64,000 nt of DNA from a bacterium. GTDB lineage: Bacteria; Spirochaetota; Spirochaetia; Sphaerochaetales; Sphaerochaetaceae. The position numbers and the translations under genes are program-made. The notes beneath the pieces were generated by a model. It was given only the letters and a program-made list of their open reading frames with translations, was not told the origin of the DNA and ran no database searches. The DNA is taken from the NCBI GenBank assembly GCA_963640795.1, contig CAVIAZ010000001.1, positions 1,282 through 65,281 of the forward strand, in the 5' to 3' direction. Shown here in pieces: positions 19,656-27,890 of the stretch. How positions within the stretch are numbered: the first letter of the stretch is position 1; every line of letters begins with the position of its first letter.

Positions 19656-21593
19656 ATGGTTTTAAATACAGTTAAAGAAGCTGATCTTAAAGGAAAAAGA
19701 GTTCTCGTCCGTGTTGACTTCAACGTTCCTGTAAAGAACGGTGTTGTAACAGATGATACAAGAATCAGAGCTGCTCTTCCGACTCTCAACTATATCCTCT
19801 CACAGGGGGCAAGCCTTGTTGTGATGTCACACTATGGAAGACCAAAGGGACAGAAGAACCCGGAGTTCTCCATGGCACCTATTGCTTCTGTCTTTGAGAA
19901 GGAACTCGGTAGAAAGGTTACCCTTGCTCCGGATGTCATCGGAGACGGCGTAAAGAAGCTTGTTGATGCACTCAAGCCGGGAGATGTTCTTCTTCTTGAG
20001 AACGTTAGATGGTATAAGGAAGAAGAGGCTAATGACCCCGGATATGCAAAGGAACTTGCTTCCTATGGTGATGTATATGTAAACGATGCATTCGGCACAG
20101 CTCACAGAGCACATGCTTCTACAGAGGGTGTTGCCCACTATCTCCCGTCATATGCCGGACTTCTTATTGAGAAAGAGGTGAAGTTCATGGCTCCGCTTCT
20201 TGAAAATCCTGAGCATCCGTTTGTTGCAATCATCGGAGGCAGCAAGGTTTCAAGCAAGATCAGCGTGCTCAAGAGTCTTGTAAAGACATGTGATACAATC
20301 GTAATCGGTGGCGGAATGGCATACACATTCCTCAAGGTTCTCGGACACAGTGTCGGCAAGAGTCTCATTGAGGATGATTACCTCGAAGTTGCTTCTGACT
20401 TTCTGAAGGCTGCAGAAGAGAAGGGCGTCAAGGTTATCCTTCCTGTTGATCATCTCTGTGCTGAAGCATTTGATGAGAATGCTGAGCCTGTCTATGTTGA
20501 TTCCCTCGATATCCCGGAAAACCTTATGGGACTCGATATCGGAACCAAGACAGTCGGCCTTGTTGTTGATGCCCTCAAGAGTGCAAAGAATGTTGTCTGG
20601 AACGGCCCGATGGGTGTCTTCGAGTTTGCGCAGTTTGCAAAGGGGACAGAGGCTGTTGCCAAGGCTCTTGCAGACAGTAATGCCGTTTCAGTAGTAGGTG
20701 GCGGTGACTCAGTTGCTGCAATCAACAAGTTCGGTCTTGCTGACAAGATCAGCCATGTTTCTACAGGTGGCGGAGCTTCCCTCGAATTCCTCGAAGGAAA
20801 GACACTCCCGGGAATCGCTGCATTGGAAAAAAAAACTAGAAAAATCTATATAGCAGGCAACTGGAAGATGAATCTTCTTCCAAGTGAAGCAAAAAAGTAT
20901 GCTTCTGAGCTTGCCGAGGCTTACAAGGTCAACAACTGTGACTGCCGTTTCATGATTGCATGTCCTTTTGTTGACCTTCCTTATGTCGTTGAGGCAGTTA
21001 AGGGTTCATCCGTCATCGTTGCTGCAGAGAATATGGCTGACCACACATCCGGTGCATATACTGGAGAGGTAAGTCCTTTGATGCTTAAGGATATCGGTGT
21101 AAATACTGTCATAATCGGTCACAGCGAGAGAAGACAGTACTATGGAGAGACAGACGAGATTGTCAACTCAAAGGTTCTTCTTGCACTTGAAAATGACATG
21201 GAAGTTGTTCTCTGTGTCGGGGAGACTCTCTCGGAGAGGGAAGGCGGAAAGCTTGAAGAGGTACTTTCAAGGCAGCTTGAAGTCGGTCTCAAGGGTGTTG
21301 CTCCGGAGAAAATGTCAGCAGTCACAATCGCATATGAACCGGTATGGGCAATAGGGACAGGTAAGACTGCCACACCTGAAGACGCAGACAGTGCACACAA
21401 GTTTATACGTGAAACTGTAGCCTCTTTATTCTCAAAAGATATTGCAGAAAACCTGATAATACAGTATGGTGGTTCAGTAAAAGCTGAAAATGTTAAGGCA
21501 TTGATGGCTAAGGAGAATATCGACGGTGCTCTCGTCGGAGGTGCATCCTTGTCACTTGATAAGTTCCTGCCGATCATGTGTTATAACAAATAG
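19656..21593 (+). CDS. pgk-tpiA: bifunctional phosphoglycerate kinase / triosephosphate isomerase fusion
   Basis: 645-aa continuous ORF. Residues 1 to about 392 are PGK (RVDFNVP, GGGASLEFLEGKTLPGIAAL). Residues from about 395 to the end are TIM (IAGNWKMN, IGHSERR, YEPVWAIGTG). The junction is ...ALEKKTRKIYIAGNWKMN. Confidence 0.9.
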   Translation: MVLNTVKEADLKGKRVLVRVDFNVPVKNGVVTDDTRIRAALPTLNYILSQGASLVVMSHYGRPKGQKNPEFSMAPIASVFEKELGRKVTLAPDVIGDGVKKLVDALKPGDVLLLENVRWYKEEEANDPGYAKELASYGDVYVNDAFGTAHRAHASTEGVAHYLPSYAGLLIEKEVKFMAPLLENPEHPFVAIIGGSKVSSKISVLKSLVKTCDTIVIGGGMAYTFLKVLGHSVGKSLIEDDYLEVASDFLKAAEEKGVKVILPVDHLCAEAFDENAEPVYVDSLDIPENLMGLDIGTKTVGLVVDALKSAKNVVWNGPMGVFEFAQFAKGTEAVAKALADSNAVSVVGGGDSVAAINKFGLADKISHVSTGGGASLEFLEGKTLPGIAALEKKTRKIYIAGNWKMNLLPSEAKKYASELAEAYKVNNCDCRFMIACPFVDLPYVVEAVKGSSVIVAAENMADHTSGAYTGEVSPLMLKDIGVNTVIIGHSERRQYYGETDEIVNSKVLLALENDMEVVLCVGETLSEREGGKLEEVLSRQLEVGLKGVAPEKMSAVTIAYEPVWAIGTGKTATPEDADSAHKFIRETVASLFSKDIAENLIIQYGGSVKAENVKALMAKENIDGALVGGASLSLDKFLPIMCYNK

Positions 21594-21608
21594 TTAGAGG
21601 TAATTGAA

Positions 21609-21944
21609 ATGGGTGTTTTAGGAATTGTCCTGCTGGTAGTTTTCTGTGTTGTTGCTTTATTGCTTCTATTCCTTATTACAATCCAGGGACAGGACAGTGT
21701 AGGATTGGGAAGTGTCTTTGGCGGTAATTCGGATTCTGCTTTCGGAAGCGGAACATCAGGATTCATTACAAAGATTACAGCAATTCTGGCTGTAGTATTT
21801 ATGGTTCTTTCACTGGTAGTTGCTCTTGTCAACAAGTCCAGCGACTCAGAGATTCAGAACATGATCAAATCCACTGAGACGACACAGGTTGAAGGAACAA
21901 CATGGCTCAGTGATGATGCTGCAGAAAGCACCACATCAAACTGA
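21609..21944 (+). CDS. secG: preprotein translocase subunit SecG
   Basis: 111 aa with two TM helices flanking a Gly-rich loop (GSVFGGNSDSAFGSG). Conserved position after tpi. Confidence 0.8.
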   Translation: MGVLGIVLLVVFCVVALLLLFLITIQGQDSVGLGSVFGGNSDSAFGSGTSGFITKITAILAVVFMVLSLVVALVNKSSDSEIQNMIKSTETTQVEGTTWLSDDAAESTTSN

Positions 21945-21960
21945 TTAGTTAGATTTTATG

Positions 21961-21990
21961 CCGACTCCTTTTAATTAAGGGGTCGGTTTT
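21961..21990 (+). terminator. rho-independent terminator after secG
   Basis: Stem CCGACTCC / GGGGTCGG (one G-U pair) with a 10-nt loop, followed by TTTT. Confidence 0.6.
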
Positions 21991-22008
21991 CACTTAGGAG
22001 TATTCCTG

Positions 22009-22434
22009 ATGAGAATTGCAGTGGTGGTTTCCGGAAGAGAAGGGGAAAATACCAAACTGAAAGAAATAGGGAAAGCTGTTGACTCTGCCCTGACAGGCAG
22101 GGGCTATTCTGTTGAACTCATCAATACTACATTGGATGCAGACAAAAAGCTCATACTTTTTGATTATCTTGTCTTTGTAAGTGAGACAGCTTCTTTTTTC
22201 AGCAAAAAGATTGTTGATTCATTGGGCGCATATCTTAAAAACTGTGGTAACATATCTGGAAAGAGGTGTGCAGCAGTCCTTAGAGGAAGCACGGTTTTCA
22301 AGATGGGTGCCATGAGCGAACTCATGCGTATTGTCGAGTCGGAGGGTGTGGTCCTCACGACAAGCCAGATTGTCTCGTCTTCCGGTGATGCGGCTGCATT
22401 TGCCGGATCAATTAACGTTGAAAGGAATTTTTAG
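22009..22434 (+). CDS. hypothetical protein, flavodoxin-like fold suspected
   Basis: 141 aa with an alternating beta/alpha pattern. The N-terminus RIAVVVSGREGENTK occupies the place of the flavodoxin phosphate loop but is degenerate. Confidence 0.4.
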   Translation: MRIAVVVSGREGENTKLKEIGKAVDSALTGRGYSVELINTTLDADKKLILFDYLVFVSETASFFSKKIVDSLGAYLKNCGNISGKRCAAVLRGSTVFKMGAMSELMRIVESEGVVLTTSQIVSSSGDAAAFAGSINVERNF

Positions 22435-22439
22435 ATATT

Positions 22440-23462
22440 ATGAAGAAACTGTTATCTATTATTTCATTATTGCTTTTATTCGCATTTTCACTCTCTGCAG
22501 CGACTATTTCCAGTCCTGCTGCAACAGTCAATCTGACCAAGAATAAAGTCATTAGTATGGATACTCTTAACAGTGAGTATGACAGATATACCTCTGCAGG
22601 ATATACAGTAACAAAACTGGATGTTCTCAATGCTCTTATTGATGAGATTCTCATCGACCAGGGTGCGGCTAGAGACGGCTATTCTGTCTCTGACAGTGAT
22701 GCTGAGCTTTTGTATGCACAGCAGAAGACAACTATAGAGAGCCAGCTTGGTGCTTCCATAACAGATGATGAGTTCAAGACTCTTGTAGAAGAGCAGTATG
22801 AAAGTGTAGATGCTTATAAGACATATCTTAAGAGACAGTATCTGACTCAGATGTATGTTTATGGTGTTAAGTCTGCTGTCGTGAATAATGTCACTGAGCC
22901 TACTGAAAAGGAAATCAAGGCATGGTACAGACAGAATTCATCTTCCTTCATGATGCCGGAAAGGGTAAGGCTCTCCGTTATAGCAATAGAGAAGACAGAC
23001 GATGCAGAGACGAACAAAAAGAACCTTGCAACTCTTGAGTCTGCATATTCCCAGATTAAGGCAGGGACACTTTCTTTTGAGAAGGCTGTCCAGACTTACA
23101 GTGGGGACACAGCAAGTAAATCATCTGGCGGGGACTGGGGCTTTATGAGCGACACCACAACAACCCGCACAAGCATGGGTGATGATTTTGTTGATGCCGT
23201 GATGCTGATGGATGCAGGCGACATTGAGGGTGTGTTCGACACTCCGTCCATTTATTGTATAGTAAAGTGTACAGTCCACAAGGATGCTGAGATTCTCGCT
23301 CTCGATGACACTATCGAGGATTACAATATTACTGTCTATAATTATATTTACCAGGGATTGACATATCAGAATAGTCAATATGCTTATGTTAATGCATACA
23401 ACGAATTGGTTGCCGAGCTGAGAACTCAGGCAAAGATTAATATTTTATACAAAGAACAATGA
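22440..23462 (+). CDS. periplasmic SurA/PrsA-like peptidyl-prolyl isomerase (parvulin type)
   Basis: Signal peptide (MKKLLSIISLLLLFAFSLSA), a SurA-N-like helical region, and a parvulin-like core (MPERVRLSVIAIEK...SGGDWGFM). Confidence 0.6.
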   Translation: MKKLLSIISLLLLFAFSLSAATISSPAATVNLTKNKVISMDTLNSEYDRYTSAGYTVTKLDVLNALIDEILIDQGAARDGYSVSDSDAELLYAQQKTTIESQLGASITDDEFKTLVEEQYESVDAYKTYLKRQYLTQMYVYGVKSAVVNNVTEPTEKEIKAWYRQNSSSFMMPERVRLSVIAIEKTDDAETNKKNLATLESAYSQIKAGTLSFEKAVQTYSGDTASKSSGGDWGFMSDTTTTRTSMGDDFVDAVMLMDAGDIEGVFDTPSIYCIVKCTVHKDAEILALDDTIEDYNITVYNYIYQGLTYQNSQYAYVNAYNELVAELRTQAKINILYKEQ

Positions 23463-23890
23463 GTATTAAGTTAGAACGCCACAAAGCCAGGGAAATTGCC
23501 ATTGGCACATTATATTCATTAGATTTGTTATCCAATCTCCCGCCTGTCGGGGATTGGTTTATGTTTCAGGGATTGAGTGACGAGGAGGTTGAGAGTCTCA
23601 GTGACTCTGTGAAGATATACTCGCGTTTCCTTATTGAGGGGACCATCGCTCATCTTGAGGAGTGTGACTCTCTGATCAAACGATATTCCAATAACCGTTC
23701 CATCGATATGATAGACACGGTTGACCGGGAAGTACTTCGTATATCATTCTTCCAGCTTCTTTATGACAAGGAGACACATCCGACAATCGTCATAGATGAG
23801 GCTGTTAAGCTTTCCCAGGAATTGAGTAACGACGTATCCTTCCGCTTTATAAACGGTGTTCTTGATGCGTATGTGAAGGAGTCTGAATGA
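23459..23890 (+). CDS. nusB: transcription antitermination factor NusB
   Basis: 143 aa with RHKAREIAIGTLYSLDL... and IDEAVKLSQELS...FINGVLD motifs. 4-nt overlaps on both sides. Confidence 0.8.
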   Translation: MSIKLERHKAREIAIGTLYSLDLLSNLPPVGDWFMFQGLSDEEVESLSDSVKIYSRFLIEGTIAHLEECDSLIKRYSNNRSIDMIDTVDREVLRISFFQLLYDKETHPTIVIDEAVKLSQELSNDVSFRFINGVLDAYVKESE

Positions 23891-24645
23891 TTCAATATAA
23901 GAATGATTTTGAGATAGACAAGATCCGCTCGTCATGCAAACTTCTTGCTGAAATGTTCGAGACTGTGGGTGAGAAGATAACGGAGGGGATATCAACCTGG
24001 GATGTGGACAGAATGTGTGAGGACTTTATGCGTAAGCATCACTCGAAAGGTCCGTGCAAGGGATATTTTGGTTTTCCGAACGTATCATGCACTTCTGTTA
24101 ATGACACAATTATCCACGGGATACCTTCAAAGCGGGATATTCTCAAAAGCGGAGATCTTCTGTCCCTTGACGTGTGCATCAGTCTTGACGGATACATATC
24201 GGACAGCACTCATACTTATGAGATAGGTAAGGTGAGCGAAGAAGTCCATAAGTTCAGTACAGAGACAAGGAAGGCCCTTTATCTTGGAATTGAGGCAGCA
24301 GGAAAGGCTAATGCACGTATCCTTGACATCGGCTACGCAGTAAGCACTCATGCCAGGAAATTCCATTATGGTATACTCAAGGATTATTCGGGGCATGGTG
24401 TCGGCCTTGAACTTCATGAAGACCCGGAAGTCCCGAACTATGTATCCTTGAGTTATCCGAACCCGCGTATAAGGAAGGGAATGGTCTTTGCGATAGAACC
24501 GATGCTTATGATGGGTGGAAGCAGTAGGTATCATCTTCTTGATGATGACTGGACAGTCAAAACAAACGACGGCTCATATGGATGCCACTGGGAACATACT
24601 GTAGCTATCACTGATAACGGCCTGGAAATATTGACAGAGCTTTGA
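23887..24645 (+). CDS. map: type I methionine aminopeptidase
   Basis: 252 aa with metal ligands in context (SLDVCISLDGYISDS, GHGVGLELHEDP, FAIEPM, WEHTVAIT). Confidence 0.95.
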   Translation: MIQYKNDFEIDKIRSSCKLLAEMFETVGEKITEGISTWDVDRMCEDFMRKHHSKGPCKGYFGFPNVSCTSVNDTIIHGIPSKRDILKSGDLLSLDVCISLDGYISDSTHTYEIGKVSEEVHKFSTETRKALYLGIEAAGKANARILDIGYAVSTHARKFHYGILKDYSGHGVGLELHEDPEVPNYVSLSYPNPRIRKGMVFAIEPMLMMGGSSRYHLLDDDWTVKTNDGSYGCHWEHTVAITDNGLEILTEL

Positions 24646-24657
24646 GGGAGAGAATTT

Positions 24658-25293
24658 ATGGAACAGCCTAAGAAGGATTTCATCACTTGTGATATGATTC
24701 GCGATGCGGGAATTAAGCTTGCTCATAAGATGTATACAGAGGACCATTTTGTTCCTGATGTCATCTATGACTCTCTCCGTGGAGGTGCATACCTTGCTAA
24801 TGTCATCAGCGAATACTATAAGCTCCAGATTTCCAAGACAGACAGGGAGCCTGTTTTTTATGCTGCTGTTGTAGCCCGTTCATACGGCAAGCTTGTCGAA
24901 CATACGAATAAGGTTGACATTGACGGCTGGACATGGTCCCCGAAGAATCTCAAAAAGGGACAGAAGGTCCTTATTGTCGATGATATATTCGACACTGGTC
25001 TTACTGTAAACTCGCTCTGTGAGACTATTATGAAGAACGGTATTCCAAGGGAAGACATAAAGGTTGCTGTATATGACTACAAGGTATCATTATACCAGTG
25101 GGTTGACGGGAAGCCGGTTCTGCCTGTACAGCCTGACTACTACTGCCGTAAACATATATTGAAGAGCAAGGATGACTATCTCTGGATACATTATACCTGT
25201 CATGAGTTCATAGGATTAACCCATGATGAGATTGAAGAGGTTTATTCCGACGAGGAAGTGAAGAGGATTCTTCATGAAATCTGTGAGGATTAA
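24658..25293 (+). CDS. phosphoribosyltransferase-family protein (purine PRT-like) with C-terminal extension
   Basis: PRPP-binding motif VLIVDDIFDTGLT. 211 aa, longer than a minimal Hpt/Gpt. Confidence 0.6.
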   Translation: MEQPKKDFITCDMIRDAGIKLAHKMYTEDHFVPDVIYDSLRGGAYLANVISEYYKLQISKTDREPVFYAAVVARSYGKLVEHTNKVDIDGWTWSPKNLKKGQKVLIVDDIFDTGLTVNSLCETIMKNGIPREDIKVAVYDYKVSLYQWVDGKPVLPVQPDYYCRKHILKSKDDYLWIHYTCHEFIGLTHDEIEEVYSDEEVKRILHEICED

Positions 25294-25301
25294 GAAATGA
25301 G

Positions 25302-25326
25302 AAGGGCTGCCGTAAAAGCAGCCCTT
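25302..25326. terminator. hairpin between convergent genes (probable bidirectional terminator)
   Basis: 9-bp perfect stem AAGGGCTGC / GCAGCCCTT with a 7-nt loop. The flanking T-runs are weak. Confidence 0.5.
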
Positions 25327-25332
25327 AAATAT

Positions 25333-26328
25333 TCATTGGGATAATTTCCATCCCGAGTCAACTGACTTGGAATCGAGGTTGATACAAACAGCACCGCTTG
25401 ATGCAGAAATGGCATTGATGTACTTTGAGTTAACAACAGATACAATTGTCTTTATCTCATAATTGCTGAGGCTGGATAGTGTTGTTGTCTCAATTGTTCC
25501 TTCAGAGTTTCCTACATAGACCTCCTTAGCCTTATTGAGGAGGAAATAATAGTTTGTTCCGTCATAGAACATCTGCTGCTTAGTGCCGGTTGTAAGTCCA
25601 GTCGATTTCTTCTCTTCCCCGTTGTAATAGATGGAACCTGACTTATTTACATAGTATTCCCCGATACGGGAATTATACTTATTGCTGTTCTCTTCCTTCA
25701 CAGTCTCATCATAAGTGAAGTAGTAGAGAGTGCTGTCTTTGTAGCCGATGAAAGTTGATTCACCGATGTAGCTGACATCTGTATATTCTGTTTCTTTTAC
25801 GGTTACAGAAGAGGTAGTCAAGTCTGAGAAAGAGCCATAGAATACAGCGCACTTTCCTTCGTTTTCGCCGGAGAGAATAGAGAAGACAACAGCATATTCA
25901 TCATCTTCAAATGTGGCACTCTTAAGCCTGTAGAGGGAACTGTCCAAGCCAGTAAATTCAGCCATGTTCCCTTCATTGTCGACAGAATAGTACTTGCTGT
26001 CACTTTCGCTGTAATAATAAGCTTTCCAGCTGGATGTGCTTTCGCCTGATGCGGCCAAAGCATTTCTTGCATTTATGCCTGTTGAGACAGAATTGCCGAC
26101 TTTTGCACTGCTTGCTGAAGCTGTTCCGTCAAAGGCAAAAAAACCCTCATCAGAGCCGACAATATAAATATCGCTGTCAGCTATCTTTCCGAGGACAGAT
26201 GTAATTGTATAGCTTTCCTTTTTCACAGACTTTCCAGCTTCCTGGAAGAGTCCCTCAGCTGAGTCAATGTTACATGAAACAGCAAATAGGGAAATGACAA
26301 TCAAAAACAAAGGTAATATCTTCTTCAT
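25333..26328 (-). CDS. hypothetical lipoprotein
   Basis: Signal peptide with lipobox (LFAVSC). The 331-aa mature part is rich in S/T/Y/G with repeated beta-strand-like segments. No family recognised. Confidence 0.6.
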   Translation of the reverse strand: MKKILPLFLIVISLFAVSCNIDSAEGLFQEAGKSVKKESYTITSVLGKIADSDIYIVGSDEGFFAFDGTASASSAKVGNSVSTGINARNALAASGESTSSWKAYYYSESDSKYYSVDNEGNMAEFTGLDSSLYRLKSATFEDDEYAVVFSILSGENEGKCAVFYGSFSDLTTSSVTVKETEYTDVSYIGESTFIGYKDSTLYYFTYDETVKEENSNKYNSRIGEYYVNKSGSIYYNGEEKKSTGLTTGTKQQMFYDGTNYYFLLNKAKEVYVGNSEGTIETTTLSSLSNYEIKTIVSVVNSKYINAISASSGAVCINLDSKSVDSGWKLSQ

Positions 26329-26341
26329 TCGCTAGCCTCCT

Positions 26342-26941
26342 TTAATGTCTGTAAGTTACAAAGAGATGAGCCGGAATAGAGGTGTGAAAGCCGAGCTTAG
26401 CTGTGTTGAAGTAGAGTTCTGGAGTAAACTCAAGTCCGGTCTTTATACCTATTCCCCAGTTGTCGGTAAAGAAGTACCTTGCACCGACGTTCAGGGCAAA
26501 TGAAAGACAGAGCATTGACTTGTCATTGTAGCTTATGTAATTAAACCCGGCGCCGAAAGAAAGCGGGGTCTCGAATTTCCCCTGAAGAGGCACGTAGCTG
26601 ACTCTGAAGAGTAGTGGAACCTGTGTAAAGAGATGCTCATCGGTGCATCTGTTGAACTGGTAGCCGATCTCTCCGCCGAGTGATATCTTTGATGTTACAA
26701 AAACTTCGTAGTCTATTGAACCATATCCCCCGATATTGAAGTGAGTGCCGTCTTCTCCCCACCAATAGCCGGTAGTCCAGCTGCCGTCAGATAACTTATA
26801 CGAATTGGTGAAAGGAAGATCCGCACCGACTGTAATCGAGAAGGTCTGGGATCCGTTGTCGTAATAATCTTCAGCTCCGAGTGAGAACACTATGAGGAGC
26901 GAAAGGAGGATTAACAGAAATGATTTCTTTTTCATGGCCAA
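26342..26941 (-). CDS. small outer-membrane beta-barrel protein (OmpW / OMP_b-brl-like)
   Basis: Signal peptide (KKKSFLLILLSLLIVFSLGA), about 8 amphipathic strands with aromatic girdles (GYWWGEDG, GARYFFTDNWGIGIKTGLEF). 199 aa. Confidence 0.6.
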   Translation of the reverse strand: MAMKKKSFLLILLSLLIVFSLGAEDYYDNGSQTFSITVGADLPFTNSYKLSDGSWTTGYWWGEDGTHFNIGGYGSIDYEVFVTSKISLGGEIGYQFNRCTDEHLFTQVPLLFRVSYVPLQGKFETPLSFGAGFNYISYNDKSMLCLSFALNVGARYFFTDNWGIGIKTGLEFTPELYFNTAKLGFHTSIPAHLFVTYRH

Positions 26942-27014
26942 AGTATACAGTAAAATGGATTATCTTTCAAATTGAGTATTGTAGTCGGTATAAGGTATGA
27001 AGTAAAATAAAAGA

Positions 27015-27890
27015 GTGATTGAATTAAAGTGTAAAGAACTCTCAAAGAGAATTATCGACGATGTTAAAAAAGAAACATTACTCTTTGTAAATAAAGGAAA
27101 TAGAGCGCCGTCTCTTGCCGTTGTACTTGTCGGAAACGACCCGGCAAGCCAAAGCTACGTAAAGAGCAAGACAAAAAGATGTGATGAAGCAGGATTTATG
27201 CATTTTCAATATTCCTTAAGTGAAGATTCTCGGGAGAGTGATGTCATAAATCTGATTGAAAGACTGAATAATGATGACAATGTGGATGCAATTCTTGTCC
27301 AGCTTCCGCTTCCTTGTCATATAAACAGGGACAGGGTAATTGATGCGATATCACCAAGAAAGGATGTTGACGGCTTTACGCCATTCTCACTTGGAATGCT
27401 TGCATCAGGAAGGTCTTCAATAATCCCGTGCACCCCGCTTGGGATAACTGAAATCCTGAAGAATTGGAATATAGAGACAAGAGGAAAGAGGGTATGCATT
27501 ATCGGGCGTTCAGCCATAGTGGGGAAACCTCTTTCAATCCTTCTTTCAAATCCCGGGTTCGATGCAACTGTCACACTATGTAATTCTTATACTGATAACC
27601 TGAAATCAATTACACTTGAAAGTGACTTAATCATTGTTGCAGCGGGAAGGCCTGGATTGATTGACTCCTCATTTGTTAAGGATGGGGCTGCTGTAATTGA
27701 TGTCGGAATCAACAGGGTTGAGGACAGTACCAGGGAAAAGGGATACAGACTTACAGGGGATGCTGATTTTGACTCGTTTGCCTCCAGGGATGTTATGATT
27801 ACACCGGTTCCCGGTGGAGTTGGTCTTATGACTGTAGCGGCCCTCATGATGAACACACTTGAATGTGCAAGGAATAGAATAAATAAATGA
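27015..27890 (+). CDS. folD: bifunctional methylenetetrahydrofolate dehydrogenase / methenyl-THF cyclohydrolase
   Basis: LAVVLVGNDPASQSYVKSK, ILVQLPLP, DVDGF and ITPVPGGVGLMT motifs. GTG start. Confidence 0.93.
   Translation: MIELKCKELSKRIIDDVKKETLLFVNKGNRAPSLAVVLVGNDPASQSYVKSKTKRCDEAGFMHFQYSLSEDSRESDVINLIERLNNDDNVDAILVQLPLPCHINRDRVIDAISPRKDVDGFTPFSLGMLASGRSSIIPCTPLGITEILKNWNIETRGKRVCIIGRSAIVGKPLSILLSNPGFDATVTLCNSYTDNLKSITLESDLIIVAAGRPGLIDSSFVKDGAAVIDVGINRVEDSTREKGYRLTGDADFDSFASRDVMITPVPGGVGLMTVAALMMNTLECARNRINK

Noticed and set aside
20862-20880. GGAAGA/TCTTCC hairpin downstream of the A9 tract as a frameshift stimulator
   Set aside because: The stem is only 6 bp and starts about 25 nt after the slippery site, well beyond the usual 5-9 nt spacer. 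I mention it but do not count it as supporting evidence.
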